NCBI GenBank assembly: GCA_016182335.1
Contig: JACOXK010000058.1
Coordinates: 1-32,000 of the forward strand
Direction of reading: 5' to 3'
Length of the DNA: 32,000 nt
Source: Deltaproteobacteria bacterium
GTDB taxonomy: Bacteria; Bdellovibrionota; JACOXK01
Shown here piece after piece: positions 9,687 to 16,899 of this stretch; position 1 is the first letter of the stretch, and every line of letters starts with the position of its first letter. Made by a program: the position numbers and the translations under genes. A model generated the notes under the pieces. The model saw nothing but the letters and a program-made list of their open reading frames with translations. It ran no database searches and was not told the DNA's origin.

Positions 9687-11324
9687 TCAACGTAGGGTCG
9701 GATGATCCCTAAAAACACCGGGTTGCACCCACAATTGATCGCGCTGAATTTCCTCTAAATTTAACTGACCATTATGAAAAAGTGCTTTGAGACTTGTTAA
9801 AACTGCCTTTTCTGCAGCAACTATCTTCGATGGCGTCACTTTTCGCTTGAAATCTTCTTCAATATGAAGAGCGACATATTCAGCAATTTGAGGAGGAAGT
9901 TTAGAAATAATTAAGTTTTTATAAGCAGAGAGCTTTCCTAGAAGAACAGCGACAATGTCATCTCGTGAAAGTTGGCTTAAAAATAGAGTCAGGTCATTTT
10001 CTTCCAGAAGACTTACAAGATCAAGTGTTATAATGCTTGATTTTAATTTCATGCCAAGCGTTGTATCTGCTTTTAAAATATCGTCTGCAAGTTCGTCGGG
10101 TTTATCATGAGATTCAACTAAATTGATAAGTGCATTAAATCCGGATGTTTCGTACAGATTCAAACTTGTGAGTTGAGCAGCTCGGTGGGCCAAGCGAAAA
10201 CTTAAATACTTAAGCTCATTCCAAGGCAGTGTTTCTATTGTGGCCAGTTCCAAAGCGACTGATTTCTGATCACTATCTTTTAAATTTTTAAACACGTTAC
10301 TTCGTGTTTCAATATCGAGTTGTAAAAGAAGGAGCGCTTGGCATCGAATATCTTCACCTTTAACCAAGTGAGCTATTTTTGTTGGTTCTAAATTTTTAAG
10401 AAAATCAAAATTGGACTCAATAACTTGATTTTCTTTCAGAGACAACAAACTTTCAAGTTCTATTTCATGACGAAACTGTGTTCCTATGCGCTTTACATCG
10501 GATACGCTTAAGTGCTGCATTTTTGAAAACTCAGATGTGAGCTCCTCTGCAGAGTTATTATTAAGAACTCCCTTAAGCTCTGATCGAAGATGAGTAGGAA
10601 GTGTGATAAGGACTTGAAGTGCATGGTGTAAACCCTGCGGCGATGCTGCCCACCGTTTCAACACATTTTTTGCTGTGCTCAGATGAGAAGCAACGAGATC
10701 TGCATAATGCGCTGGGCTTTGAATTGTTAGAGAATCTCCAATCGATATCCCTTGAGGGATTTCCTGATATGAAGGCACGACAGTGGGGGAGGGTTGAGAT
10801 TCGTGTTTTAAAACTGATGGCAAAACTGTTTTTTTCCTTTGACGACGCATAAAATAGAAGATGCCCATAATAGCTGCAAGAGTGGACATAATAAGAAAAA
10901 TCAGTAAAAAATAACCTCTTAAGTTTGAGAATATAGTTGGGTGAGGCACGGCTACAAATGAGTAATTTAAATGAAGTGCTGATTGAAATGGTTGTGCTTG
11001 ATGTTCAATATATTTTTGAAGAAAATCCCTAGTTTTTTGTGGAAGTTTCTCATCAGCCAGAATATTAACATCAATACCAGAAATAACAGTAGATGTTTGT
11101 GCTGCACTACCAGATTCTTCAAATCCAGGTTCCACAATACTACGTTGAACTGTAGTTTTTGAAGAGGATTTGATGAATACATCTAAGCACAGCTGTGGAC
11201 AATGGAGTTTGAATAACTCAAGAATGACAGGTTTCAAAACGCTTTCAGGCGTTTGTCCTGCACTGAACAAAGTCGTCATCGAGAGACTCACTACTAATTG
11301 ACTTAAGAGAATGAGTTTTTTCAT
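9687..11324 (-). CDS. Membrane-anchored FliG-like protein (signal peptide, ~115 aa periplasmic domain, one TM helix, ~380 aa cytoplasmic FliG/MgtE_N-like ARM repeats)
   Basis: 545 aa. It has an N-terminal signal peptide (MKKLILLSQLVVSLSMTTLFSA), a TM helix at aa 138-158 (YFLLIFLIMSTLAAIMGIFYF) and a following RRQRKK stop-transfer. Three FliG-like modules follow. The last one, LSRDDIVAVLLGKLSAYKNLIISKLPPQIAEYVALHIEEDFKRKVTPSKIVAAEKAVLTSLKALFHNGQLNL, resembles the FliG C-terminal torque-helix domain pattern (MSkRaaeml.EDle...v...dve.aq..iv...r.L...GeI). An AAGGTGG RBS precedes it, 13 nt after motB. Confidence 0.6.
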   Translation of the reverse strand: MKKLILLSQLVVSLSMTTLFSAGQTPESVLKPVILELFKLHCPQLCLDVFIKSSSKTTVQRSIVEPGFEESGSAAQTSTVISGIDVNILADEKLPQKTRDFLQKYIEHQAQPFQSALHLNYSFVAVPHPTIFSNLRGYFLLIFLIMSTLAAIMGIFYFMRRQRKKTVLPSVLKHESQPSPTVVPSYQEIPQGISIGDSLTIQSPAHYADLVASHLSTAKNVLKRWAASPQGLHHALQVLITLPTHLRSELKGVLNNNSAEELTSEFSKMQHLSVSDVKRIGTQFRHEIELESLLSLKENQVIESNFDFLKNLEPTKIAHLVKGEDIRCQALLLLQLDIETRSNVFKNLKDSDQKSVALELATIETLPWNELKYLSFRLAHRAAQLTSLNLYETSGFNALINLVESHDKPDELADDILKADTTLGMKLKSSIITLDLVSLLEENDLTLFLSQLSRDDIVAVLLGKLSAYKNLIISKLPPQIAEYVALHIEEDFKRKVTPSKIVAAEKAVLTSLKALFHNGQLNLEEIQRDQLWVQPGVFRDHPTLR

Positions 11325-11337
11325 AGAACCACCTTTT

Positions 11338-11982
11338 TTAATAAATTTTTAACGTTACCCTTCTGTTTATATTTCTGTATTCCTCAGCATCTGCAACTTC
11401 AGCTTTCTCTTCAAGTTTTTTAGGTCTCGTATGGGCAAATCCCCTTAATTGAATTCGATTTTCATCAATGCCGTGAAAACGCAAAAAATTAAGGAACTCC
11501 ATAGCCCTGTAGGCTGACAATTCCCAATTAGATGGAAATTTAAGTGTATGAATGGGTACATTATCTGTATGTCCCTCAACAATAAACGCCCATTTGTGAT
11601 CAATTGTTTTTAACTCCGAAACAAATGTCAAAATATGTGGCTTAGCCTCTTCCAAGAGGGCACTTTCTCCGGATTGAAATAAGAGAGAATGACTAAAATC
11701 AATTTCCAGAGACTCTTGTCCAATGCTTGTTGAAATCTTGGATTCCAAATGATTTGAGATGATAATAGAGTCAATCTGTTTTTTTAAATCGGCCAAAGAA
11801 TATTTAGGTTTTTTTTTGAAGTAATTCGTGAGCGATTCAAACCGATATGTGCTCATCACTGACATGGAGAGGAGAAATGCAAAGAAAACATAGAGATTTG
11901 TGATGAGATCTGAATAAGAAAGCAGCCATGGTGACTCATCATTCCGTGCAAACATGCTGTTTTGTACCAGTTCTTCAAGCAT
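11338..11982 (-). CDS. MotB-like stator subunit (TM plug with conserved Asp plus OmpA-like peptidoglycan-binding domain)
   Basis: 214 aa. The N-terminal SPWLLSYSDLITNLYVFFAFLL matches the MotB TM helix and includes the proton-binding Asp context (Y-S-D-L). The C-terminal OmpA-family motif series is IVEGHTDNVPI, NWELSAYRAMEFLNFL and NRRVTLKI. Its start directly abuts the motA-like stop. Confidence 0.85.
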   Translation of the reverse strand: MLEELVQNSMFARNDESPWLLSYSDLITNLYVFFAFLLSMSVMSTYRFESLTNYFKKKPKYSLADLKKQIDSIIISNHLESKISTSIGQESLEIDFSHSLLFQSGESALLEEAKPHILTFVSELKTIDHKWAFIVEGHTDNVPIHTLKFPSNWELSAYRAMEFLNFLRFHGIDENRIQLRGFAHTRPKKLEEKAEVADAEEYRNINRRVTLKIY

Positions 11983-12804
11983 TTAGATTTCCAAGCGGAT
12001 TGTCGTCGTCCCCATTTTTGGATGCGAAACAATTCGAGAGGAGCTTTCTGTGGCTGTTATGAAAGCAGCAAGATTTTCTTTTAATATCGGTCCATATACC
12101 TGGTTTTTAATAAGCTCTAAAGCTTCAATCATCATGGCATGAGATCTAGATTCCAGTTCCACATGATTGTTCACGTGACGAATGACTGGGAAGTAAAAAG
12201 CATAACTTGCAAGCAATCCGTACAAAGTCGTTAGCAACGCAAGCGCCATGCCAGCCCCAATCTGACTAAAATCGTCCATATTCTGTAACAGTGAAACCAA
12301 TCCTAACACTGTTCCCATCATGCCAAGAGCAGGTGTTATTTTTGACGAAAAATCAAACACCGAGATTTCTTTGAGGTCCTGAAGTCGCTTTGCATGCCAT
12401 TTATTTTTCAAAATACTTTTCAGTTCATCGGCATTATAATTTCCATTAAAAGTATGAATGCCTTCTCTTAAAAAGAGAGGCATATCTTGTGTGGGCGCAG
12501 CGATACGTCCACTTCGCTGATACTCTTTGGAACAATCCACAAGATGAGAAATGAGGCGTTGCTGTGATACTTTTTCAGGAGAAAAAAATACTTTAATGAG
12601 TCGACCCCAGGCCTTTAAAATATCTGAAAGTCCAAAGCTGTAGAGAACAATGAAAATGTGCCCTACAACTACAAATAAGAAGCTTGGTAGGTTAAACAAG
12701 CCTTTATATTCACTCGATCTTGATTGCATGATAAACAACAGGATCCACAAAAAACCGATAAGACCTATAAGGCTTGCGCATTTTCTCACCCACTGATAGT
12801 TCAT
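11983..12804 (-). CDS. MotA-like stator subunit (MotA/TolQ/ExbB proton-channel family, 4-TM MotA topology)
   Basis: 273 aa. Two N-terminal TM helices are followed by a ~100 aa cytoplasmic loop (SGRIAAPTQDMPLFLREGIHTFNGNYNADELKSIL, compare the MotA pattern GllalE...pfl..gl.l.vdg.d.e). TM3/TM4 then carry ITPALGMMGTVLGLVSLL and GAGMALALLTTLYGLLASYAFYFPV. Confidence 0.85.
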   Translation of the reverse strand: MNYQWVRKCASLIGLIGFLWILLFIMQSRSSEYKGLFNLPSFLFVVVGHIFIVLYSFGLSDILKAWGRLIKVFFSPEKVSQQRLISHLVDCSKEYQRSGRIAAPTQDMPLFLREGIHTFNGNYNADELKSILKNKWHAKRLQDLKEISVFDFSSKITPALGMMGTVLGLVSLLQNMDDFSQIGAGMALALLTTLYGLLASYAFYFPVIRHVNNHVELESRSHAMMIEALELIKNQVYGPILKENLAAFITATESSSRIVSHPKMGTTTIRLEI

Positions 12805-13430
12805 GATTTTGTTTTTGGTGAAAGAGTTGTAGGTGAAGACGCAGGGAGGCGAGAAATAGCCTGACGAATAATAGTATTAGCAGGATCTTCTTTAAGAACC
12901 AAAGACCATGATTCTCTGGCTAAATCATACATTCCTACCTTGGATGCAACGGTCCCGCGCAAGGAGAGAAGCTTCGTATCGCTTGGATAGGATTCAACAA
13001 GGGATTCCAATGTTACGAGTGCTAGTTCATAGTCTTTTTTACGAAAATGCTCTTTTACTTTCGCCAAACCTAAGAGATAACTTTGTCTGGCTAAAGATTG
13101 GCCAGATAAGGCAACCACATCTTGACCTTGAATCTGAGAATTGTCGTCACCAGATGATGGTATAGTTTGTAACCCATCAGTGTGAGAACTTTTAAGCTCT
13201 GCAAGAGTGTAGCGCACTAAAGTCGATTCACTATTTTCTCCAAGTGCTATTTCAATAGCATTCAAACCGAAGGACCGGCGAATGGTAATGGGTGATTTCG
13301 ATGACTGAGCTGTGTCTATGGTAAATGGATTGGATATTTCAGGGGAAGAGTGTTTGGAAATTTTGCGCATGGAAGCACATCCAACAATAAGAGACAAACA
13401 GATAATGACAAAAAGTTTTTTTCTATTCAT
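12801..13430 (-). CDS. TPR-repeat lipoprotein
   Basis: 209 aa with the lipobox LSLIVGC-A. The C-terminal half is TPR-like (YELALVTLESLVESYPSDTKLLSLRGTVASKVGMYDLARESWSLVLKEDPAN). A 4-nt ATGA-type overlap with the motA-like gene indicates translational coupling. Confidence 0.7.
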   Translation of the reverse strand: MNRKKLFVIICLSLIVGCASMRKISKHSSPEISNPFTIDTAQSSKSPITIRRSFGLNAIEIALGENSESTLVRYTLAELKSSHTDGLQTIPSSGDDNSQIQGQDVVALSGQSLARQSYLLGLAKVKEHFRKKDYELALVTLESLVESYPSDTKLLSLRGTVASKVGMYDLARESWSLVLKEDPANTIIRQAISRLPASSPTTLSPKTKS

Positions 13431-13433
13431 TGT

Positions 13434-14591
13434 TTACCACCTCATATTGATATTGAATGCAATATCTAAACAAAAACCAGAAACTTTTTTCGATTGTTTA
13501 TCAGACGAAAATTGTATTTGATTGCCAATGAGTTGAATCTTTTCAGAGCTCAGCATGGCATCTGACGGAAATAAGTAATTGATGTTGGCAGAAATTCCAA
13601 ATTTCTTTCCAATATCGAGCAAAAAACCTGGACCTAAAACAAAAGACTGATAGTTGTTTGTAAGAAGTGGGCCGCCGCCTACTGTTATATATTTTCTAAA
13701 TTTTTCTCCGCCCAGATTCATGAGGAGTTTTAACTCAAGAAGCCCCCCAGCATTGAGAAGAATGTCTTTATTGCTGGAATCTGAGAGTGGCTCAGTAAAT
13801 CCAGAGAGAATAATGCCAAAGTGATCAATAAACCCTCCCATGTACTCGAGTAGAGAGAAACTCACACTTGGATAATTCACATGATTTTCAAATCCAGGTA
13901 ATAGGAAAAAACCAGGGCTTACGGCGAGCCGATATTTAGCAAGGATGTTCACCGAGTCCGAAGGCCGTTTTGTGACAGAATCTTGTGATAGCAGCTGTCG
14001 CTCTGGATCGAGCGAAGAATATTTATCGCTCCAAATGACTTCTCCCTTAATAGCATCAAAAATGGCAACGCTCAAAACGATTTCATGTGGGGTATAATGG
14101 AATGTGCTTTCCAGGAAATAGCGAGTTCCCAAACTATGAGAGAGAGATTGCAATTCTTCATTTTTTTGCACACCCTGTTGCACAATAAGGTCATTAGCAT
14201 CCGTTGTGACAAGAGTGCGAAAGCAGCTCATACATTTGATAGATTTAATGGAGACTTTTTCAATGAGGGCCTGATCGATTCTATCTCGAAGAATATCGCG
14301 AAACTTAGGTTGGATATCACCCTGGAGATTGATTTTATACTGGCTTAATTTTTGAATACGTAAGTTTGAACTCGAAAGATCTGTAGCAAATCTCTCAACA
14401 AGAGAGTCCAGTACAGAGTAGAAATCAATTTTTCCATCAAGCGTGCTTGCATATTCCGCATTGACGTGATTTGAAAAAAACACAACACAGTTTAATCCAA
14501 GAAAAATAACGAGAAATCGCAGTAGAACAAAACGATTTTGCAACACAAAACGACCTTCACCCAACGCTAACTTTTTTTGATAAGATGTCAA
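13434..14591 (-). CDS. Secreted two-domain envelope protein, candidate outer-membrane beta-barrel
   Basis: 385 aa. The signal peptide ends HVNA-EY. The N-terminal ~170 aa has the alternating pattern seen in FlgO/CsgG/LpoB-like periplasmic modules (...LGTRYFLESTFHYTPHEIVLSVAIFDAIKGEVIWS). The C-terminal half is Gly/aromatic-rich with amphipathic strands and ends ...IAFNINMRW, an aromatic terminus typical of OMPs. The family assignment is inference. Confidence 0.45.
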   Translation of the reverse strand: MTSYQKKLALGEGRFVLQNRFVLLRFLVIFLGLNCVVFFSNHVNAEYASTLDGKIDFYSVLDSLVERFATDLSSSNLRIQKLSQYKINLQGDIQPKFRDILRDRIDQALIEKVSIKSIKCMSCFRTLVTTDANDLIVQQGVQKNEELQSLSHSLGTRYFLESTFHYTPHEIVLSVAIFDAIKGEVIWSDKYSSLDPERQLLSQDSVTKRPSDSVNILAKYRLAVSPGFFLLPGFENHVNYPSVSFSLLEYMGGFIDHFGIILSGFTEPLSDSSNKDILLNAGGLLELKLLMNLGGEKFRKYITVGGGPLLTNNYQSFVLGPGFLLDIGKKFGISANINYLFPSDAMLSSEKIQLIGNQIQFSSDKQSKKVSGFCLDIAFNINMRW

Positions 14592-14598
14592 CTTTCAT

Positions 14599-15639
14599 TC
14601 AGGGTAACAGTATGTGATAGCGGATATCCACTTGGTCACCAGCAGCCACATGAGACCTTTTGAGGAAAAACAACTCCTGTGTTGACTCGTTATAATGCCA
14701 CTCACTTGGGTTTGCTTTAAGACCATTAAGATAAACCTCAATAGAACCGCGTTGTGCAGCATAGGTTAAAACTTTACGAGTCATATGCTCAAAAAGTATT
14801 TGTATTATTTTATTTATGACTTGTTTTGAATCTTGCAAGAGATCACACAATTCAAGACTTATGCCAGAAGTTTGACTTACAAATTCAGCAAGAGTTGTTG
14901 CTCGTCGATACTCCAAGTTATTGCATTGATCACTTCCCTCTTTGAAAATGAGGGCAATAGGTTGGAACAGTGCTTTTGATTTTAATGTCTGCATAGAGGC
15001 TACAATGTGATCGACTGGAGTTGTTCCTTCGTCATCCGCGTTAGATATAAAAATTGGAAAGAAATGGGTATTTCCTTCTCGAAGGAATCCGCTTTTCATG
15101 AGGGTTACCAACTTCTCAAGTGGGAAATTTGATGCTTCTCCCCCAGTAAAGTTTAAAGCTCCAAGAGTTTCTGATAATTTATTGAGTCCACTCACCGTGA
15201 AAGCGTTATTCGCAAAAATATCCTCTCCCCATGGAGTACTATCATGGGATGTTATCAACCGAAGTTTGAAAGAAAGCTTTGGTCGAAGATGGTGATATTC
15301 TGGAGGGTCCATGAGAGAGGCTAAGAGAAGATGACTTGATTCTTTGAGGGCTTGAATAAAAGGTGACATTTTTTTCTTGGCATGAAGAATAAATGCTATA
15401 TCAAGGTTTCCCTGTGGCACTTCGTGAATGAAACCATCCAACCACAGCTGTGGCAGGGATGTGGCGGGAGGTTCTAATAATGGGGGATTGTCAGGTTCGT
15501 AATGTGGGCTAACAGGCGCAGGTAACGGTTTCTCTTTTTGCTTAGGTGCAATAAATTCAGGAGCTCCACAATGAAGAAAGAGTGTTGCCACAAGAAGGGA
15601 TATAAATTTATGGATTTTGAGGATCTTGTTTGACACCAT
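14599..15639 (-). CDS. Secreted vWA-like paralog with a degenerate MIDAS (possible non-canonical lipoprotein)
   Basis: The ORF is open to 15777, but that extension overlaps the upstream gene by 170 nt. The internal ATG at 15639 gives the signal peptide MVSNKILKIHKFISLLVATLFLHCG. The position equivalent to the vWA MIDAS reads LDIAFILHAKKKM, so the DxSxS is lost. The C-terminal motif IEVYLNGLKANPSEWHYNESTQELFFLK..AAGDQVDIRY is shared with the two neighbouring vWA lipoproteins. Confidence 0.55.
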   Translation of the reverse strand: MVSNKILKIHKFISLLVATLFLHCGAPEFIAPKQKEKPLPAPVSPHYEPDNPPLLEPPATSLPQLWLDGFIHEVPQGNLDIAFILHAKKKMSPFIQALKESSHLLLASLMDPPEYHHLRPKLSFKLRLITSHDSTPWGEDIFANNAFTVSGLNKLSETLGALNFTGGEASNFPLEKLVTLMKSGFLREGNTHFFPIFISNADDEGTTPVDHIVASMQTLKSKALFQPIALIFKEGSDQCNNLEYRRATTLAEFVSQTSGISLELCDLLQDSKQVINKIIQILFEHMTRKVLTYAAQRGSIEVYLNGLKANPSEWHYNESTQELFFLKRSHVAAGDQVDIRYHILLP

Positions 15640-16846
15640 ACAACACTGTAATTTTTCCACCTTGCGGCACTTTGGGTTTGTTCGTAAGGATGATTTCATT
15701 TTTTTGAGTATCATAAGTAAAGTCACGTCCCATAAGCAGTGGATAATAATTATAAAGAACTTTAAAAGACTTGCCATCGAAAGTATGGGGAATTTTTTTA
15801 AGAATAATTCTTTTTGTGTAGGATAAAGAGAGTTGTGCTACATCACTCAATGTATTCTTTTTCAAAAGCTCACATAAATCCAGTCGATGTCCATAGAAAT
15901 GTTGGTGACTGAGTTGTTCTAATTTATCTGATGTCTTGGTTAAACTGTAAGGACAAGTCTGAATATTCATGCGAAATAGCGCTGTAAATACGCTTAAGTA
16001 CGGTGGTCTATAAATTTTATGAATTTGTGACAAAAAATGAGAGGTTGCTATGTCATGAGAAAGCTCGTCCGAACTTATGAAGAAAAATACACTGAGCGCA
16101 TCTTCCTCTCGAAAATCGGCAGAGTTATGTAATAACTCCAGTGTTTTAGAATAAGAAAGAATATGAGGTTGGCCTTGATATCCAAGCTGTGACATGAATT
16201 GAGGAAAGACGGCAAAATCTCGTGCCGTACTTATAAAGTTTTTCCCACTCACAGAAATGAGACGTGCTTCATCAGAAGGCATGAATCCTATCTTATATTG
16301 AAGATGAGAGAGATTGTTTGATAAAAATTCTGGAGCAAATTTTGTGCTTGCTAAGACAAGATCAGAGTGAATGTCTTCCATAGGTTCCGAGGTATCAACG
16401 ACAAAAAGTATTGAGAGTTTTCCAGAAGGAAGGCCGTAATAAAAATCTTCCTCATAAAGTTGAAAATCTGGAGGAGTTGGCCCACCAGGTTGTGTAGGAT
16501 CTGGAAGAGGAATGGGCACTGGATCAGGATTGCCTCCTCCCCCGCCCCCTGGAGTTCCACCTTCACCGGGATTGGTACCTGGTGCGCTCCCCCCTCCTGA
16601 ACCGCCATTAGGAGGAGATCCCGGAGTGCCACCGCCTCCTGGGTTGGTGTCAGGTGAACCATTACTATCTCCACCAGAACCAGCGTCTGGAGGGACAATT
16701 TTTCCATCCGGTGTTTTATTTTCAACATAGAGATTAAAGACTCGGCGAGAGCTTGAACCGCAAGATAAATTGAAAACTAACGGTGCAACAATGGCTAATG
16801 GAACTATTACTGACTTCACGGTTGAAGGTAACCTTAAGTCATTCAT
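15608..16846 (-). CDS. vWA-domain lipoprotein with a Gly/Pro-rich low-complexity linker
   Basis: 412 aa with the lipobox VFNLSC-G. A ~75 aa G/P/N/S/T-rich linker spans aa 52-127. The vWA-like core follows, with LSILFVVDTSEPMEDI as a partly degenerate MIDAS (DxSxP) and a later FFFISSDE. The C-terminal beta-domain is FKVLYNYYPLLMGRDFTYDTQKNEIILTNKPKVPQGGKITVLY. Confidence 0.7.
   Translation of the reverse strand: MNDLRLPSTVKSVIVPLAIVAPLVFNLSCGSSSRRVFNLYVENKTPDGKIVPPDAGSGGDSNGSPDTNPGGGGTPGSPPNGGSGGGSAPGTNPGEGGTPGGGGGGNPDPVPIPLPDPTQPGGPTPPDFQLYEEDFYYGLPSGKLSILFVVDTSEPMEDIHSDLVLASTKFAPEFLSNNLSHLQYKIGFMPSDEARLISVSGKNFISTARDFAVFPQFMSQLGYQGQPHILSYSKTLELLHNSADFREEDALSVFFFISSDELSHDIATSHFLSQIHKIYRPPYLSVFTALFRMNIQTCPYSLTKTSDKLEQLSHQHFYGHRLDLCELLKKNTLSDVAQLSLSYTKRIILKKIPHTFDGKSFKVLYNYYPLLMGRDFTYDTQKNEIILTNKPKVPQGGKITVLYGVKQDPQNP
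16466..16693 (-). repeat. Low-complexity Gly/Pro-rich coding tract inside the 412-aa lipoprotein gene
   Basis: It encodes DAGSGGDSNGSPDTNPGGGGTPGSPPNGGSGGGSAPGTNPGEGGTPGGGGGGNPDPVPIPLPDPTQPGGPTPPD, with iterated units of the type TNPG-GGG-TPG. It also creates spurious ORFs in other frames and on the other strand. Confidence 0.8.
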
Positions 16847-16899
16847 TCAGGTAATTTTATTACAAAAGCTCTTCGTATCATTGTCAAATAATTGGAGCT

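Noticed and set aside
15640-15777. N-terminal extensions of three cluster genes proposed by the ORF track (14599..15777, 17861..19033 and 18876..19667).
   Set aside because: Each extension overlaps the preceding gene by 130-170 nt and encodes non-signal sequence. Internal ATGs at 15639, 17999 and 19002/19011 give classical signal peptides with short coupling overlaps.
16351-16730. ORFs 16512..16730 (+, PPPPPPGVPPSPG...) and 16351..16728 (-, alternative frame) overlap the Gly/Pro-rich tract.
   Set aside because: They are shadow ORFs produced by the GC-rich low-complexity repeat. They have no start context or RBS, and the 412-aa frame alone carries the lipobox and the vWA domain.
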